A stretch of 63,856 bases of DNA, counting the filler, from Lama guanicoe (lineage: Eukaryota), in assembly GCA_013239625.1 (NCBI GenBank). It is 205 parts of 205 records of this genome, joined end to end, with 100 filler letters (N's around TTAATTAATTAA, not from the genome) between each part and the next. Parts side by side here need not be neighbours in the genome. Positions count along the whole stretch, not along the records: positions 52,103 to 52,314 come from PNXV01037015.1; positions 52,415 to 52,626 come from PNXV01037016.1; positions 52,727 to 52,938 come from PNXV01037017.1; positions 53,039 to 53,250 come from PNXV01037018.1; positions 53,351 to 53,562 come from PNXV01037019.1; positions 53,663 to 53,874 come from PNXV01037020.1; positions 53,975 to 54,186 come from PNXV01037021.1; positions 54,287 to 54,498 come from PNXV01037022.1; 197 more parts are not named here. The stretch is one strand, 5' to 3'. The position numbers and the translations under genes were made by a program. A model generated the notes under the pieces. It ran no database searches. It saw only the letters and a list, made by a program, of their open reading frames with translations, and had not been told where the DNA came from. Shown here in pieces: positions 52,264 to 63,232 of the stretch; positions within the stretch are counted from its first letter, which is position 1; the number at the start of each line of letters is the position of its first letter.

Positions 52264-53662
52264 TGCCTCTGGGAGAGCACATTGTAGGTGGGGCGACCGA
52301 TGATCACTCAAGTCNNNNNNNNNNNNNNNNNNNNNNNNNNNNNNNNNNNNNNNNNNNNTTAATTAATTAANNNNNNNNNNNNNNNNNNNNNNNNNNNNNN
52401 NNNNNNNNNNNNNNTTTTTTTTTTCATTAAAATCAAACTGAAAAGTTTTACTTTTCAGTTCAGGTTCCAGATCTTTAACTGTGTTCCATTTGACTTACTG
52501 AAGCACGTTTATACTCTCTTAACAAGTTTTCTTGTGATGCCGCTTGTACCTAAAGCAAATTAAAAGGATACAGTTCTAAAAATAATTATAACCTGAGTAA
52601 TTACAGTATATTTGTTCCCCTTAGTTNNNNNNNNNNNNNNNNNNNNNNNNNNNNNNNNNNNNNNNNNNNNTTAATTAATTAANNNNNNNNNNNNNNNNNN
52701 NNNNNNNNNNNNNNNNNNNNNNNNNNTCCTCATCCTAAGAAAACACGTCTTTGCTCCAGTGCAATAGAGATGAGGGGAAACAGCAGGTTGCGAGGGACCC
52801 GACACTGCTGTTGGGTGCCACGAGCACAGCAGGGTGGGGGCTGCAAGTGAATGGGCTGGGGGGGGGCAGAAGACTGACGAGTGTTCTGCGTCAGTGCAGG
52901 TCCAATCCTTCATTCATCACTCCCTCTCTCAGCTGCGANNNNNNNNNNNNNNNNNNNNNNNNNNNNNNNNNNNNNNNNNNNNTTAATTAATTAANNNNNN
53001 NNNNNNNNNNNNNNNNNNNNNNNNNNNNNNNNNNNNNNTAGAGAGCCCAGCCTAGAACTCCAGGTAATACTGATGTTTAAGGGACTGATAGAGGAGATCA
53101 GTACATACAACAGACTAAGGGGGAATGCTTCTAAGGGTAGGGGAGAATCAGAAAACAGTGATGTTACAAAAATCAAAACTGGAAACAACCCAAAGGTCCA
53201 TCATCAGGAGAATGGATAAATTGTGGCATACACAGCAGTAAATAAGAATGNNNNNNNNNNNNNNNNNNNNNNNNNNNNNNNNNNNNNNNNNNNNTTAATT
53301 AATTAANNNNNNNNNNNNNNNNNNNNNNNNNNNNNNNNNNNNNNNNNNNNTTAGCCACTTCCCAGTAGTCATGTGAGGATTCAGTGATGAAGATGAAGGC
53401 GATGACAACAATGATAAATCATCAGTAGGAAAGTAACTGGCCATAGTGGGAATGTGAAAAAGTTAATTTGTTTCGGTTCTGTTGTTTTCTTAAGGAATAG
53501 CTAAATTCCCCACGCAAGTGAGGACCTGCCTTGATGGTTCCATCTCACGCACCTAAACACCANNNNNNNNNNNNNNNNNNNNNNNNNNNNNNNNNNNNNN
53601 NNNNNNTTAATTAATTAANNNNNNNNNNNNNNNNNNNNNNNNNNNNNNNNNNNNNNNNNNNN

Positions 53663-53874
53663 AAATTCATATGTTGAAACTTAACCCCCGAGGTGATAGT
53701 ATTAGGAGGTGAGGCCTTTGGGAGGTGATTAGGTCAAGAGGATAAAACCTCATGAATGGGATCAGGGACCTTATAAATAAGAGACCCCAGAGAGCTAGCT
53801 AGCCCTTCCCACCAAGTGAGGCTACAGCAAAAAGACAGCTTTTTATGAGGAACTGAGTCCGTTGCAGACACCAA
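53663..53874 (+). mobile_element. MaLR MLT1A/MST-type LTR, bubble partner of 54911-55122
   Basis: AAATTCATATGTTGAAAC.TAACCCCC.A.GTGAT.GTATTAGGAGGTG.GGCCTTTGGGAGGTGATTAGGTCA. Differs from its partner at 5 positions. Confidence 0.9.
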
Positions 53875-54910
53875 NNNNNNNNNNNNNNNNNNNNNNNNNN
53901 NNNNNNNNNNNNNNNNNNTTAATTAATTAANNNNNNNNNNNNNNNNNNNNNNNNNNNNNNNNNNNNNNNNNNNNAAGATGGTCCAAACAGAGGCGACCTG
54001 TGCCTTTGCTTGTGAGACCTGCAGACAGCGGTCCTCATCCCCGTGAGAGAAATGAAGATCAGGCTGTTGGCCTGTGACTCTGTCCCAAAAAAGGGCTGGA
54101 CTGATTTTCACCAGAGGTAGCAGGAGATTCAAAACATGGGCCAGATGACTCTTAAAGAATCCTCCCAGGAAAGTCACTTTGGGAGGNNNNNNNNNNNNNN
54201 NNNNNNNNNNNNNNNNNNNNNNNNNNNNNNTTAATTAATTAANNNNNNNNNNNNNNNNNNNNNNNNNNNNNNNNNNNNNNNNNNNNACGTGCCCCTAATG
54301 CAGTGATGACAATGGATGGAACCGTGGTCGGGGAGGAAGGACACTGCTGGAACAATGGGTGAAACTGGAACAAGGTCTTCAGGTGAGCTCACAGCAGCCC
54401 CTGGTTACAGAGGGCACAACGATCTGGGCATGCTAGGAGGAGGATGTATGAGATCCTTCGTATGATTTTTGCAACCTTTTTTTTGGGCAGATCTTAATNN
54501 NNNNNNNNNNNNNNNNNNNNNNNNNNNNNNNNNNNNNNNNNNTTAATTAATTAANNNNNNNNNNNNNNNNNNNNNNNNNNNNNNNNNNNNNNNNNNNNGT
54601 ATATGAAATGCAGGGAATGTTCATACAGACATACGAGCACTTATAACTGAATTGCAGGAGTCTTTCGGAGGGAAAAATTACGTTAGCCTCCCCAATTTGC
54701 TCTGCTCATTCTACTTTTAGCATTTCTACCATCTCAGTCACTGAAATTTTCCCACATTGATAAATTCAGACAGAACAAAAGATAAAACCAGATCACAAAT
54801 CACTCTGGGGNNNNNNNNNNNNNNNNNNNNNNNNNNNNNNNNNNNNNNNNNNNNTTAATTAATTAANNNNNNNNNNNNNNNNNNNNNNNNNNNNNNNNNN
54901 NNNNNNNNNN

Positions 54911-55122
54911 AAATTCATATGTTGAAACTTAACCCCCGAGGTGATAGTATTAGGAGGTGGGGCCTTTGGGAGGTGATTAGGTCAAGAGGATAAAACCCCA
55001 TGAATGGGATCAGGGACCTTATAAATAAGAGACCCCAAAGAGCTAGCTAGCCCTTCCCACCAAGTGAGGTTATAGCAAAAAGACAGCTTTTTATGAGGAA
55101 CTGAGTCCGTTGCAGACACCAA
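54911..55122 (+). mobile_element. MaLR MLT1A/MST-type LTR, bubble partner of 53663-53874
   Basis: 207/212 identical to 53663-53874 with the same endpoints. Confidence 0.9.
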
Positions 55123-56480
55123 NNNNNNNNNNNNNNNNNNNNNNNNNNNNNNNNNNNNNNNNNNNNTTAATTAATTAANNNNNNNNNNNNNNNNNNNNNN
55201 NNNNNNNNNNNNNNNNNNNNNNGTGGGCTGCTTCTCCAACTACAAAGAGAGACATGATCTGTTTAAAAGAGGTCAGTTGGAAGAGTCTTTTAAAAAATAG
55301 TTCTAGGACAGCTAATATGTGTGATAAATATTATGTCTATTTAAGTGATCTTGAGAAATCACTTCTCAAGTGATTTCTTAGCAGTGGGGAGAAATATTAA
55401 GCATACAGACAATTCCATGACATTAGATCTCAGTNNNNNNNNNNNNNNNNNNNNNNNNNNNNNNNNNNNNNNNNNNNNTTAATTAATTAANNNNNNNNNN
55501 NNNNNNNNNNNNNNNNNNNNNNNNNNNNNNNNNNAACTCAGTTTATTACTCAGCTTTATCCAGAGTCTGGAATTCAGTCTCACATTCCAGAGAAGCATCT
55601 GTGCTCAAGGTAATAAGATGGAAAAAAGGATAAAAAATAGTAGGGTTGATGGACTACACAGCCTTTCTGAAAGAAGATTCCCATAGAACATACAGAATGA
55701 TTCCATTTACATCTCATTAGCTGATTGTAGTCTCAAAGCCCCTCCANNNNNNNNNNNNNNNNNNNNNNNNNNNNNNNNNNNNNNNNNNNNTTAATTAATT
55801 AANNNNNNNNNNNNNNNNNNNNNNNNNNNNNNNNNNNNNNNNNNNNTAAATACCATGCTGTCACCTTGCATGTTGTTCCATTTCCTGGGAGGATGCTGTC
55901 CACCCTGCAATCATGAGGTGTCCAGCAGCAATTCTCTCTGGCTTTGGTAGGAGACATAGTCATGCTATTTCTAAGCAGCTGGTTTGCTTTTACCAGGTGT
56001 TGTGAATCGTGTAAGTGATCTACTTTCCCTCTTCCTCTTGGCTCCTGGAAAGCTCAAANNNNNNNNNNNNNNNNNNNNNNNNNNNNNNNNNNNNNNNNNN
56101 NNTTAATTAATTAANNNNNNNNNNNNNNNNNNNNNNNNNNNNNNNNNNNNNNNNNNNNGCCAGTCTCTCCACTGCTCTTTACCACTGTATGCTCCGCCTC
56201 AGGTTTGAAAACCGAATTGGGCTCAGGGTAGACTAAGGAACATCCCTGTCTCTGTTTGGGCCAAAGTTCAGCTCCTTGTTTGTCTTGGCAGAGCATGTTC
56301 TCTGTGGAAATAGGATGGAATTATCCTATCTGCCTCATGCTGTAGACAAGTCCCTGTCATGCTCTTGAGANNNNNNNNNNNNNNNNNNNNNNNNNNNNNN
56401 NNNNNNNNNNNNNNTTAATTAATTAANNNNNNNNNNNNNNNNNNNNNNNNNNNNNNNNNNNNNNNNNNNNCCGTACCTAC

Positions 56481-56590
56481 GTGTCAGAGAGAATGCTGAT
56501 ATTGTAAGTCCCGCAGAAGACATTCCTCTCCTCCATCTGGACCTGCTGAGTTTCCTGGCTCTGGTATGTGGTCCACAGGTTGTAGTCACT
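56481..56590 (-). CDS. Candidate internal coding exon (110 nt) of an unidentified gene: SDYNLWTTYQSQETQQVQMEERNVFCGTYNISILSD(T)
   Basis: Acceptor ATTTTCCCTTGTTAG| and donor AC|GTAGGT bound a stop-free frame with a strong C/G third-position bias. In-frame TAG codons lie right at both boundaries. Confidence 0.6.
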
Positions 56591-57718
56591 CTAACAAGGG
56601 AAAATCTGCAGTCAAAGTACAGCGGCAGCTTGACCCAGGGCCCAGACACACATCCCCGAGAGCCTCCCCTGGCAAGGGGCCANNNNNNNNNNNNNNNNNN
56701 NNNNNNNNNNNNNNNNNNNNNNNNNNTTAATTAATTAANNNNNNNNNNNNNNNNNNNNNNNNNNNNNNNNNNNNNNNNNNNNTTTTTGTCGTTGTTGTTA
56801 AATGAAATCCCACTGAGATGATACATGGAAAACACATTAGGACTTCCGGGAACGCCCATTCGAATATAATGGGTTTTAGATATCATTGCGAAATATCTAG
56901 TGCACTTTATTATAATTGCCTCAGATACTTTCAGTGTCCCGTCTTATACCTGGATTGGTTAAAATCTTCATGCCTTCCAAGGAATAAAGACGTCNNNNNN
57001 NNNNNNNNNNNNNNNNNNNNNNNNNNNNNNNNNNNNNNTTAATTAATTAANNNNNNNNNNNNNNNNNNNNNNNNNNNNNNNNNNNNNNNNNNNNACACCA
57101 AGTTAGGCCAGACAACATGGTTGGGAAGATGACCACAGCTGCACAGATGAGCAGGACCCTGGCTCTGACCCCCACGGTACTGATGCCACATCATGAAGAC
57201 AGACAATGGCACTGTTCATGCAGGCAGAGAACTCTTCTTTGGGTGAGTCTGTATTCTCTACCCCACACCATTCTGCCCAAAGCATCCATCTAACCCAGAC
57301 TCAGGTNNNNNNNNNNNNNNNNNNNNNNNNNNNNNNNNNNNNNNNNNNNNTTAATTAATTAANNNNNNNNNNNNNNNNNNNNNNNNNNNNNNNNNNNNNN
57401 NNNNNNCAGGCCATTAAGCATCCTCCCAAGCCTTTACCACTAAGACTGCTCTCTTTTTCTCTGGGATTACCTCTAGCAGGGAAATGGAACACCTGCTCTT
57501 GTCGGGTCCCTCTGGGCCACCATATGGAGCAAACCTGCCTGGGAAAACCAACCCAGAGGCCAACAGTGGTGAGTGAGAGACTGAGCTCTGATGATGGGAA
57601 AGACTGCTGGATCTGTCTNNNNNNNNNNNNNNNNNNNNNNNNNNNNNNNNNNNNNNNNNNNNTTAATTAATTAANNNNNNNNNNNNNNNNNNNNNNNNNN
57701 NNNNNNNNNNNNNNNNNN

Positions 57719-57930
57719 TGTAAGATACTCATACATATAAAGGCAAAGACATATTAAAAGTAAAAGGATGAAAATGATATATCAAGTTTCTATTTTAAAA
57801 GAAATCTGTAATGACCACTCATACCAGACAATGTAAGTTTCAGAACAAGAAATATCGCCAGTAATAAAGAGAATCATTTCATTGTGATAAAAGGGTTAAT
57901 TCCTCAAGAGAAGGCAAAAACTCTTAAAAT
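57719..57930 (+). mobile_element. Old L1 ORF2 endonuclease fragment
   Basis: TTAAAAGTAAAAGGATG.AAA..GATATA...GATAAAAGGGT.AATTC.TCAAGA. Confidence 0.7.
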
Positions 57931-58342
57931 NNNNNNNNNNNNNNNNNNNNNNNNNNNNNNNNNNNNNNNNNNNNTTAATTAATTAANNNNNNNNNNNNNN
58001 NNNNNNNNNNNNNNNNNNNNNNNNNNNNNNAATCTGCTGGGAAGTGAGGTAGGAACAGCAGGAGAATATTTAATTGTTCAATATGCTGTCCCTGCTTTAA
58101 TCAGGGTTCTGCTGAAAATTTGAAAAAGCCAGATGAGTGGTCTTTCACAAACATCCAATTCTGACCTCTACTGCCTCTTCTAAGACATCTGACACAAAGG
58201 TCCTAATCACAAAGGTTCCTAACTGCCTCCTTTTAGAAGGCANNNNNNNNNNNNNNNNNNNNNNNNNNNNNNNNNNNNNNNNNNNNTTAATTAATTAANN
58301 NNNNNNNNNNNNNNNNNNNNNNNNNNNNNNNNNNNNNNNNNN

Positions 58343-58554
58343 CACAACAATCAGAAAGAAATGATAAAGAGTTGAAATTATGGAACTAAAAACATAAAAG
58401 CAATAGAGAAAAATCAGTGATACCAAACATTAATTTTTTGAGAAATCAACATCATATAGCTCTAGCCAGACTAATAAAGGAAAAAAGAGAAATGACAAAT
58501 TATCAACATCAGGAACAAAAACAAAAACACTACAGACCATACATGTATTAAAAA
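58343..58554 (+). mobile_element. Old L1 ORF2 fragment
   Basis: CAATAGAGAAAAATCA.TGA.ACCAAA...TTTGAGAA.ATCAA...CTCTAGCCAGACTAA...AAAAAAGAGA. Confidence 0.75.
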
Positions 58555-58654
58555 NNNNNNNNNNNNNNNNNNNNNNNNNNNNNNNNNNNNNNNNNNNNTT
58601 AATTAATTAANNNNNNNNNNNNNNNNNNNNNNNNNNNNNNNNNNNNNNNNNNNN

Positions 58655-58866
58655 TAAGCCTCTAATCAATTTGGGTGAAATGACAGTGGAGTAAACTGCA
58701 TCCATGAGGGACAGATAAGCAAGGAAGAAGTATGTGGGGGAGCCCAGGGAGGGGCTGGCAAAGACAGTCACCATAATGAGCAGATTACCCACCATCATCA
58801 CAATGTAGATGAGTAACAACAAGACAAATAATGCTTTTTGCCCCTCAGGATTCTGAGTGAGGCCCA
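58655..58866 (-). CDS. Olfactory receptor fragment, family 4 (OR4A-like), N-terminus to TM2
   Basis: [72 protein letters not shown] and P(M)YFFL..LS..D motifs are present, and the frame is open across the whole contig. Confidence 0.95.
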
Positions 58867-58966
58867 NNNNNNNNNNNNNNNNNNNNNNNNNNNNNNNNNN
58901 NNNNNNNNNNTTAATTAATTAANNNNNNNNNNNNNNNNNNNNNNNNNNNNNNNNNNNNNNNNNNNN

Positions 58967-59178
58967 TATCTCCTCACACCATTCAGAGTGGCCATCATTT
59001 AAAAGTCTACAAATACCTGGAGAGGGTGAAACCCTCCTACCCTGTTGGAGGTAAATTGGTGCAGCCACTATGGAGGACAAACATTAAAGATAAAGTTATC
59101 ACAAGACCCAGCAATCCCACTCCTGGGCATATATCCAGAAAAAACTCTAATTTAAAAAATACAAGCATTCCTGTGTTG
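58967..59178 (+). mobile_element. L1 ORF2 C-terminal fragment with several small deletions
   Basis: CTCACACCA.TCAGA.TGGCCATCATT.AAAAGTCTACAAA...TGGTGCAGCCACTATGGA...GACCCAGCAATCCCACTCCTGGGCATATATCCAGA. Confidence 0.85.
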
Positions 59179-59627
59179 NNNNNNNNNNNNNNNNNNNNNN
59201 NNNNNNNNNNNNNNNNNNNNNNTTAATTAATTAANNNNNNNNNNNNNNNNNNNNNNNNNNNNNNNNNNNNNNNNNNNNTGTCCTGGTCTTAGAGAAGAGA
59301 ACCCCTTAGCTTTTCCCACATACCCACATTCTGCAGCCGCAGCTTCTCCTTCCCTACCACACCACATCACAGAAGGGAATTTAGCCATCTTGGCCCTCCA
59401 GCAAAGACAGAGGACAATGGATTCCACATGAAAAATGGAATAAAATGGGGGTGCTGTTAGCCAGCCACCTAGGTGCAGGTGGCATTTGGCNNNNNNNNNN
59501 NNNNNNNNNNNNNNNNNNNNNNNNNNNNNNNNNNTTAATTAATTAANNNNNNNNNNNNNNNNNNNNNNNNNNNNNNNNNNNNNNNNNNNNCGTTGACAAA
59601 GTTTGATTCTTAAGATTCTGAGGGAGG

Positions 59628-59723
59628 CTGGTGGGTATATCTCAGTGATAGGGTGCCTATTTAACATGCATGAGGTCCTGGGTCCAATCCCTAATACCGC
59701 CATTAAAAAAAAAAAAACAAAAC
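59628..59723 (+). mobile_element. tRNA-Ala-derived SINE (camelid Vic-1-like), diverged copy
   Basis: GGGTATATCTCAGTGATAGGGTGCCTATTTAACATGCATGAGGTCCTGGGTCCAATCCCTAATACCGCCATTAAAAAAAAAAAAA, the same family as 18101-18190. Confidence 0.8.
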
Positions 59724-59902
59724 AGTTAAAAAGATAGATTGAGTATTGTCTCGAAGCTGGGTTAGAGGCCCAGGCTTCTTTCTTTGCAGGGTAACTACTG
59801 GGNNNNNNNNNNNNNNNNNNNNNNNNNNNNNNNNNNNNNNNNNNNNTTAATTAATTAANNNNNNNNNNNNNNNNNNNNNNNNNNNNNNNNNNNNNNNNNN
59901 NN

Positions 59903-60114
59903 AGGTCTTTGATGGTTCCATATAAATTTTATTATAATTTGTTCTAGTTCTATGAAATATATCCTGGATAATTAGATATGGATTGCATTAAATCTGTAGA
60001 TTGCCTTGTGCAATGTGACCATTTTAACCATATTGATTCTTCCAGTCCAAGAGCATGAGGTATCCTTCCATTTTTTAAAGTCTTCTTTAATTTCCTTTGT
60101 CAGTGGTTTATAGT
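59903..60114 (-). mobile_element. L1 ORF2 (post-RT) fragment
   Basis: TGGTTCCATATAAATTTTA...GATTGCATTAAATCTGTAGATTGC.TTG...CCATTTTAAC.ATATTGATTCTTCCA.TCCAAGAGCATG. Confidence 0.9.
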
Positions 60115-60262
60115 NNNNNNNNNNNNNNNNNNNNNNNNNNNNNNNNNNNNNNNNNNNNTTAATTAATTAANNNNNNNNNNNNNNNNNNNNNNNNNNNNNN
60201 NNNNNNNNNNNNNNTAGTTATTTCCCATGAAATTTACATTTATTTTTCCATTTATTTTTCAG

Positions 60263-60283
60263 ATGAACTTCGGAGAAGGCTTG
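60263..60283 (+). CDS. Candidate 21-nt symmetric (phase 1-1) micro-exon, (x)ELRRRL(x)
   Basis: TTTTTCCATTTATTTTTCAG|ATGAACTTCGGAGAAGGCTTG|GTAAAT, a purine-rich island within T-rich intron-like sequence. Confidence 0.5.
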
Positions 60284-60838
60284 GTAAATTTTCTGATATC
60301 CCTTTATTCTTGACTCCCTTTAAAATGACTGCTTTCATGATGTCTTTAACATTTCCTGACCTTTTTTCATCTATATACCTTGCTTTGGAATACCTTTCTT
60401 CTGCATGTCTACTAGTTCCACCCAAANNNNNNNNNNNNNNNNNNNNNNNNNNNNNNNNNNNNNNNNNNNNTTAATTAATTAANNNNNNNNNNNNNNNNNN
60501 NNNNNNNNNNNNNNNNNNNNNNNNNNTTTTTTTTGTTGTTGTTGTTTGGTTTTTTTAACCACGATTTTGTAGCATAGGAAACCTCAAAACCTCCTGGTCA
60601 AGCTAGATTAGTCCCCAGGAATTCCCTGAACTGACCTCATGTATTGTTGCCTCTGGTTCCTGGCTCACACTGCTCTAAAGTTCTTTCTATTTTCACTGAA
60701 TAAAATCCCACCTGCCCTCTAGGATCCAACTGAACACANNNNNNNNNNNNNNNNNNNNNNNNNNNNNNNNNNNNNNNNNNNNTTAATTAATTAANNNNNN
60801 NNNNNNNNNNNNNNNNNNNNNNNNNNNNNNNNNNNNNN

Positions 60839-61050
60839 CTAAATTCTGTGTTCTGTATTCTGTATTCTGTATTCTATATTCTGTGTTTTAATTTCTATAT
60901 TAAACATTCTGTATTCTGAATTCTGTATTCTACATTCTGTGTTCTAAATTCAATGATCTTAATTCTGGTTGCTGTATTCTGAATTCTATTTTTTATATTA
61001 AGTGTTCTATATTCTAAACTCTACATTTTATTGCTGTATTCTATATTCTA
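60839..61050 (+). repeat. 7-bp-period satellite
   Basis: CTAAATTCTGTGTTCTGTATTCTGTATTCTGTATTCTATATTCTG... Confidence 0.9.
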
Positions 61051-61150
61051 NNNNNNNNNNNNNNNNNNNNNNNNNNNNNNNNNNNNNNNNNNNNTTAATT
61101 AATTAANNNNNNNNNNNNNNNNNNNNNNNNNNNNNNNNNNNNNNNNNNNN

Positions 61151-61362
61151 AAAACAGCATTATTCATCAAATGTTCATCAACTGATTACTGTGTAAGCAA
61201 AAGTGGTGTATCTCTATAACGGAAGAGCATTTTGCAGCAACAATAAATGCGGTACCCATAATGCTTTAGCATGGCTGAACCTTGGAAACATTAGGGTAAC
61301 TGAAAGAAGTCCATCACGAAAGACCACAGCTGTGTGATTCCACATACGTGTTCACAGCAGGC
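61151..61362 (+). mobile_element. L1MB/ME-type ORF2 end/3' UTR
   Basis: CAAATGT.CATCAACTGA...CATGG.TGAACCTTG.AAACATTA...GAAAGAAG.CC.TCAC.AAAGACCACA. Confidence 0.7.
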
Positions 61363-62710
61363 NNNNNNNNNNNNNNNNNNNNNNNNNNNNNNNNNNNNNN
61401 NNNNNNTTAATTAATTAANNNNNNNNNNNNNNNNNNNNNNNNNNNNNNNNNNNNNNNNNNNNGGTTGGATTTCATCCTGAGCATCATGGGGAGTTTGAAG
61501 CTGTTAGAGGGTTTTAAGTAGGACAGTGACACAACCTGATTCACATTTTGAAACGTCTCTCGGTGCCAGGTAATAGTCTGGCTACGCAGCAACATAACTT
61601 AGTGGCCACTGCGGTGCACGTAACGTTTCTGAAGGACTTGTCATGTCATATGTTACCATGTATTATTAACTCATNNNNNNNNNNNNNNNNNNNNNNNNNN
61701 NNNNNNNNNNNNNNNNNNTTAATTAATTAANNNNNNNNNNNNNNNNNNNNNNNNNNNNNNNNNNNNNNNNNNNNTATGTATATTGTTCCCACGCTTTCTC
61801 CAGCTCCCCTGGGAGCTCCCTGGATTTCCAAGCCCAGTGACATGTAGTTGGTTTACCAGCTTGGTCAGTTTGTGCCTCTTCTGACTGTGAGAAGCTCTTC
61901 TTGATGCCATCGTGCCCCATGGTGGCTTCTGTTCCCATGCCTTTCTTGGGTAGAAATGGTTCCACTTGCCACCTGACTTAGCATGANNNNNNNNNNNNNN
62001 NNNNNNNNNNNNNNNNNNNNNNNNNNNNNNTTAATTAATTAANNNNNNNNNNNNNNNNNNNNNNNNNNNNNNNNNNNNNNNNNNNNACATGAATTAATAA
62101 AGAGAACTACTAAGACGTTACTGCCGCCGGTTCAGCGAAGATGGTTAACTACCACAAGTTATAATAATTGAATCAGAAATGCTGAAATGATTTTATAAAT
62201 AGATTTGAAAACAACTGGCTTTTTCTGCTGGGACATGAGGCAGTGCAAATAAATCACGTGTCTCTTCACCAGAGAGAATTTTCAGGTCTATGGACAAGNN
62301 NNNNNNNNNNNNNNNNNNNNNNNNNNNNNNNNNNNNNNNNNNTTAATTAATTAANNNNNNNNNNNNNNNNNNNNNNNNNNNNNNNNNNNNNNNNNNNNTT
62401 TCACCAAATTTCTTGAACAGCCCATCGGAGTACCTGGAAGCCCTTTATTTTATTAAACCCACTTCCAGGTACTTCATAATTTTCTGATTGGTGGACTTGG
62501 CCTCTGACTGAGCTACTCAGAGCTCCCAGCCTCACATCCGAGAGAGGACCCTGCTGTTGGAAGAAATCAGTGAGAAAGGCATACATCCCCCAGTCAGGTC
62601 TGCACGGCTANNNNNNNNNNNNNNNNNNNNNNNNNNNNNNNNNNNNNNNNNNNNTTAATTAATTAANNNNNNNNNNNNNNNNNNNNNNNNNNNNNNNNNN
62701 NNNNNNNNNN

Positions 62711-62920
62711 TATATTCTAAATTCTATATTCAGTATTCTGTATTCTATATCCTAAATTCAGTGTTCTACATTGTATATTCATATTCTATATACAGTATTC
62801 GGTATTATATATTCTAAATTCTGTGTTCTGTATTCCATGTTCTGAGTTCTGGGTTCTATATTCTCTATTCAATATTGTTTGCTCATTATTTTGTATTCTA
62901 TATTCTATATTCTGCATTCT
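62711..62920 (+). repeat. 7-bp-period satellite
   Basis: TATATTCTAAATTCTATATTCAGTATTCTGTATTCTATATCCTAAATTC... Confidence 0.9.
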
Positions 62921-63020
62921 NNNNNNNNNNNNNNNNNNNNNNNNNNNNNNNNNNNNNNNNNNNNTTAATTAATTAANNNNNNNNNNNNNNNNNNNNNNNN
63001 NNNNNNNNNNNNNNNNNNNN

Positions 63021-63232
63021 GAAATGGTTGACGACGTTGGATCCACAAAAGGACAAGTGAGAGGTCAGTATCACATGCATTGTGGCCACCATGGACCCCC
63101 AGAGGTAGGGGAGGGTGACCAGGTGGATGCAGAGTGGCCTGGACACTCTGCTGTTGTAATACAGGGGACTGCAGATGGCCACATACCTGTCATAGGCCAT
63201 GGCACCAGGCATGTAATACCTAGTAAGGAGCA
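63021..63232 (-). CDS. Olfactory receptor fragment, family 5 (OR5M-like), TM3 to ECL2, possibly a pseudogene
   Basis: LLTRYYMPGAMAYDRYVAICSPLYYNSRVSRPLCIHLVTLPYLWGSMVATMHVILTSHLSFCGSNVVNHF, with MAYDRYVAIC.PL.Y and LSFCGSN.INHF-type motifs. Confidence 0.93.

Noticed and set aside
58655..63232. Olfactory receptor gene cluster
   Set aside because: The two OR fragments are on separate contigs, so their proximity reflects concatenation order only.
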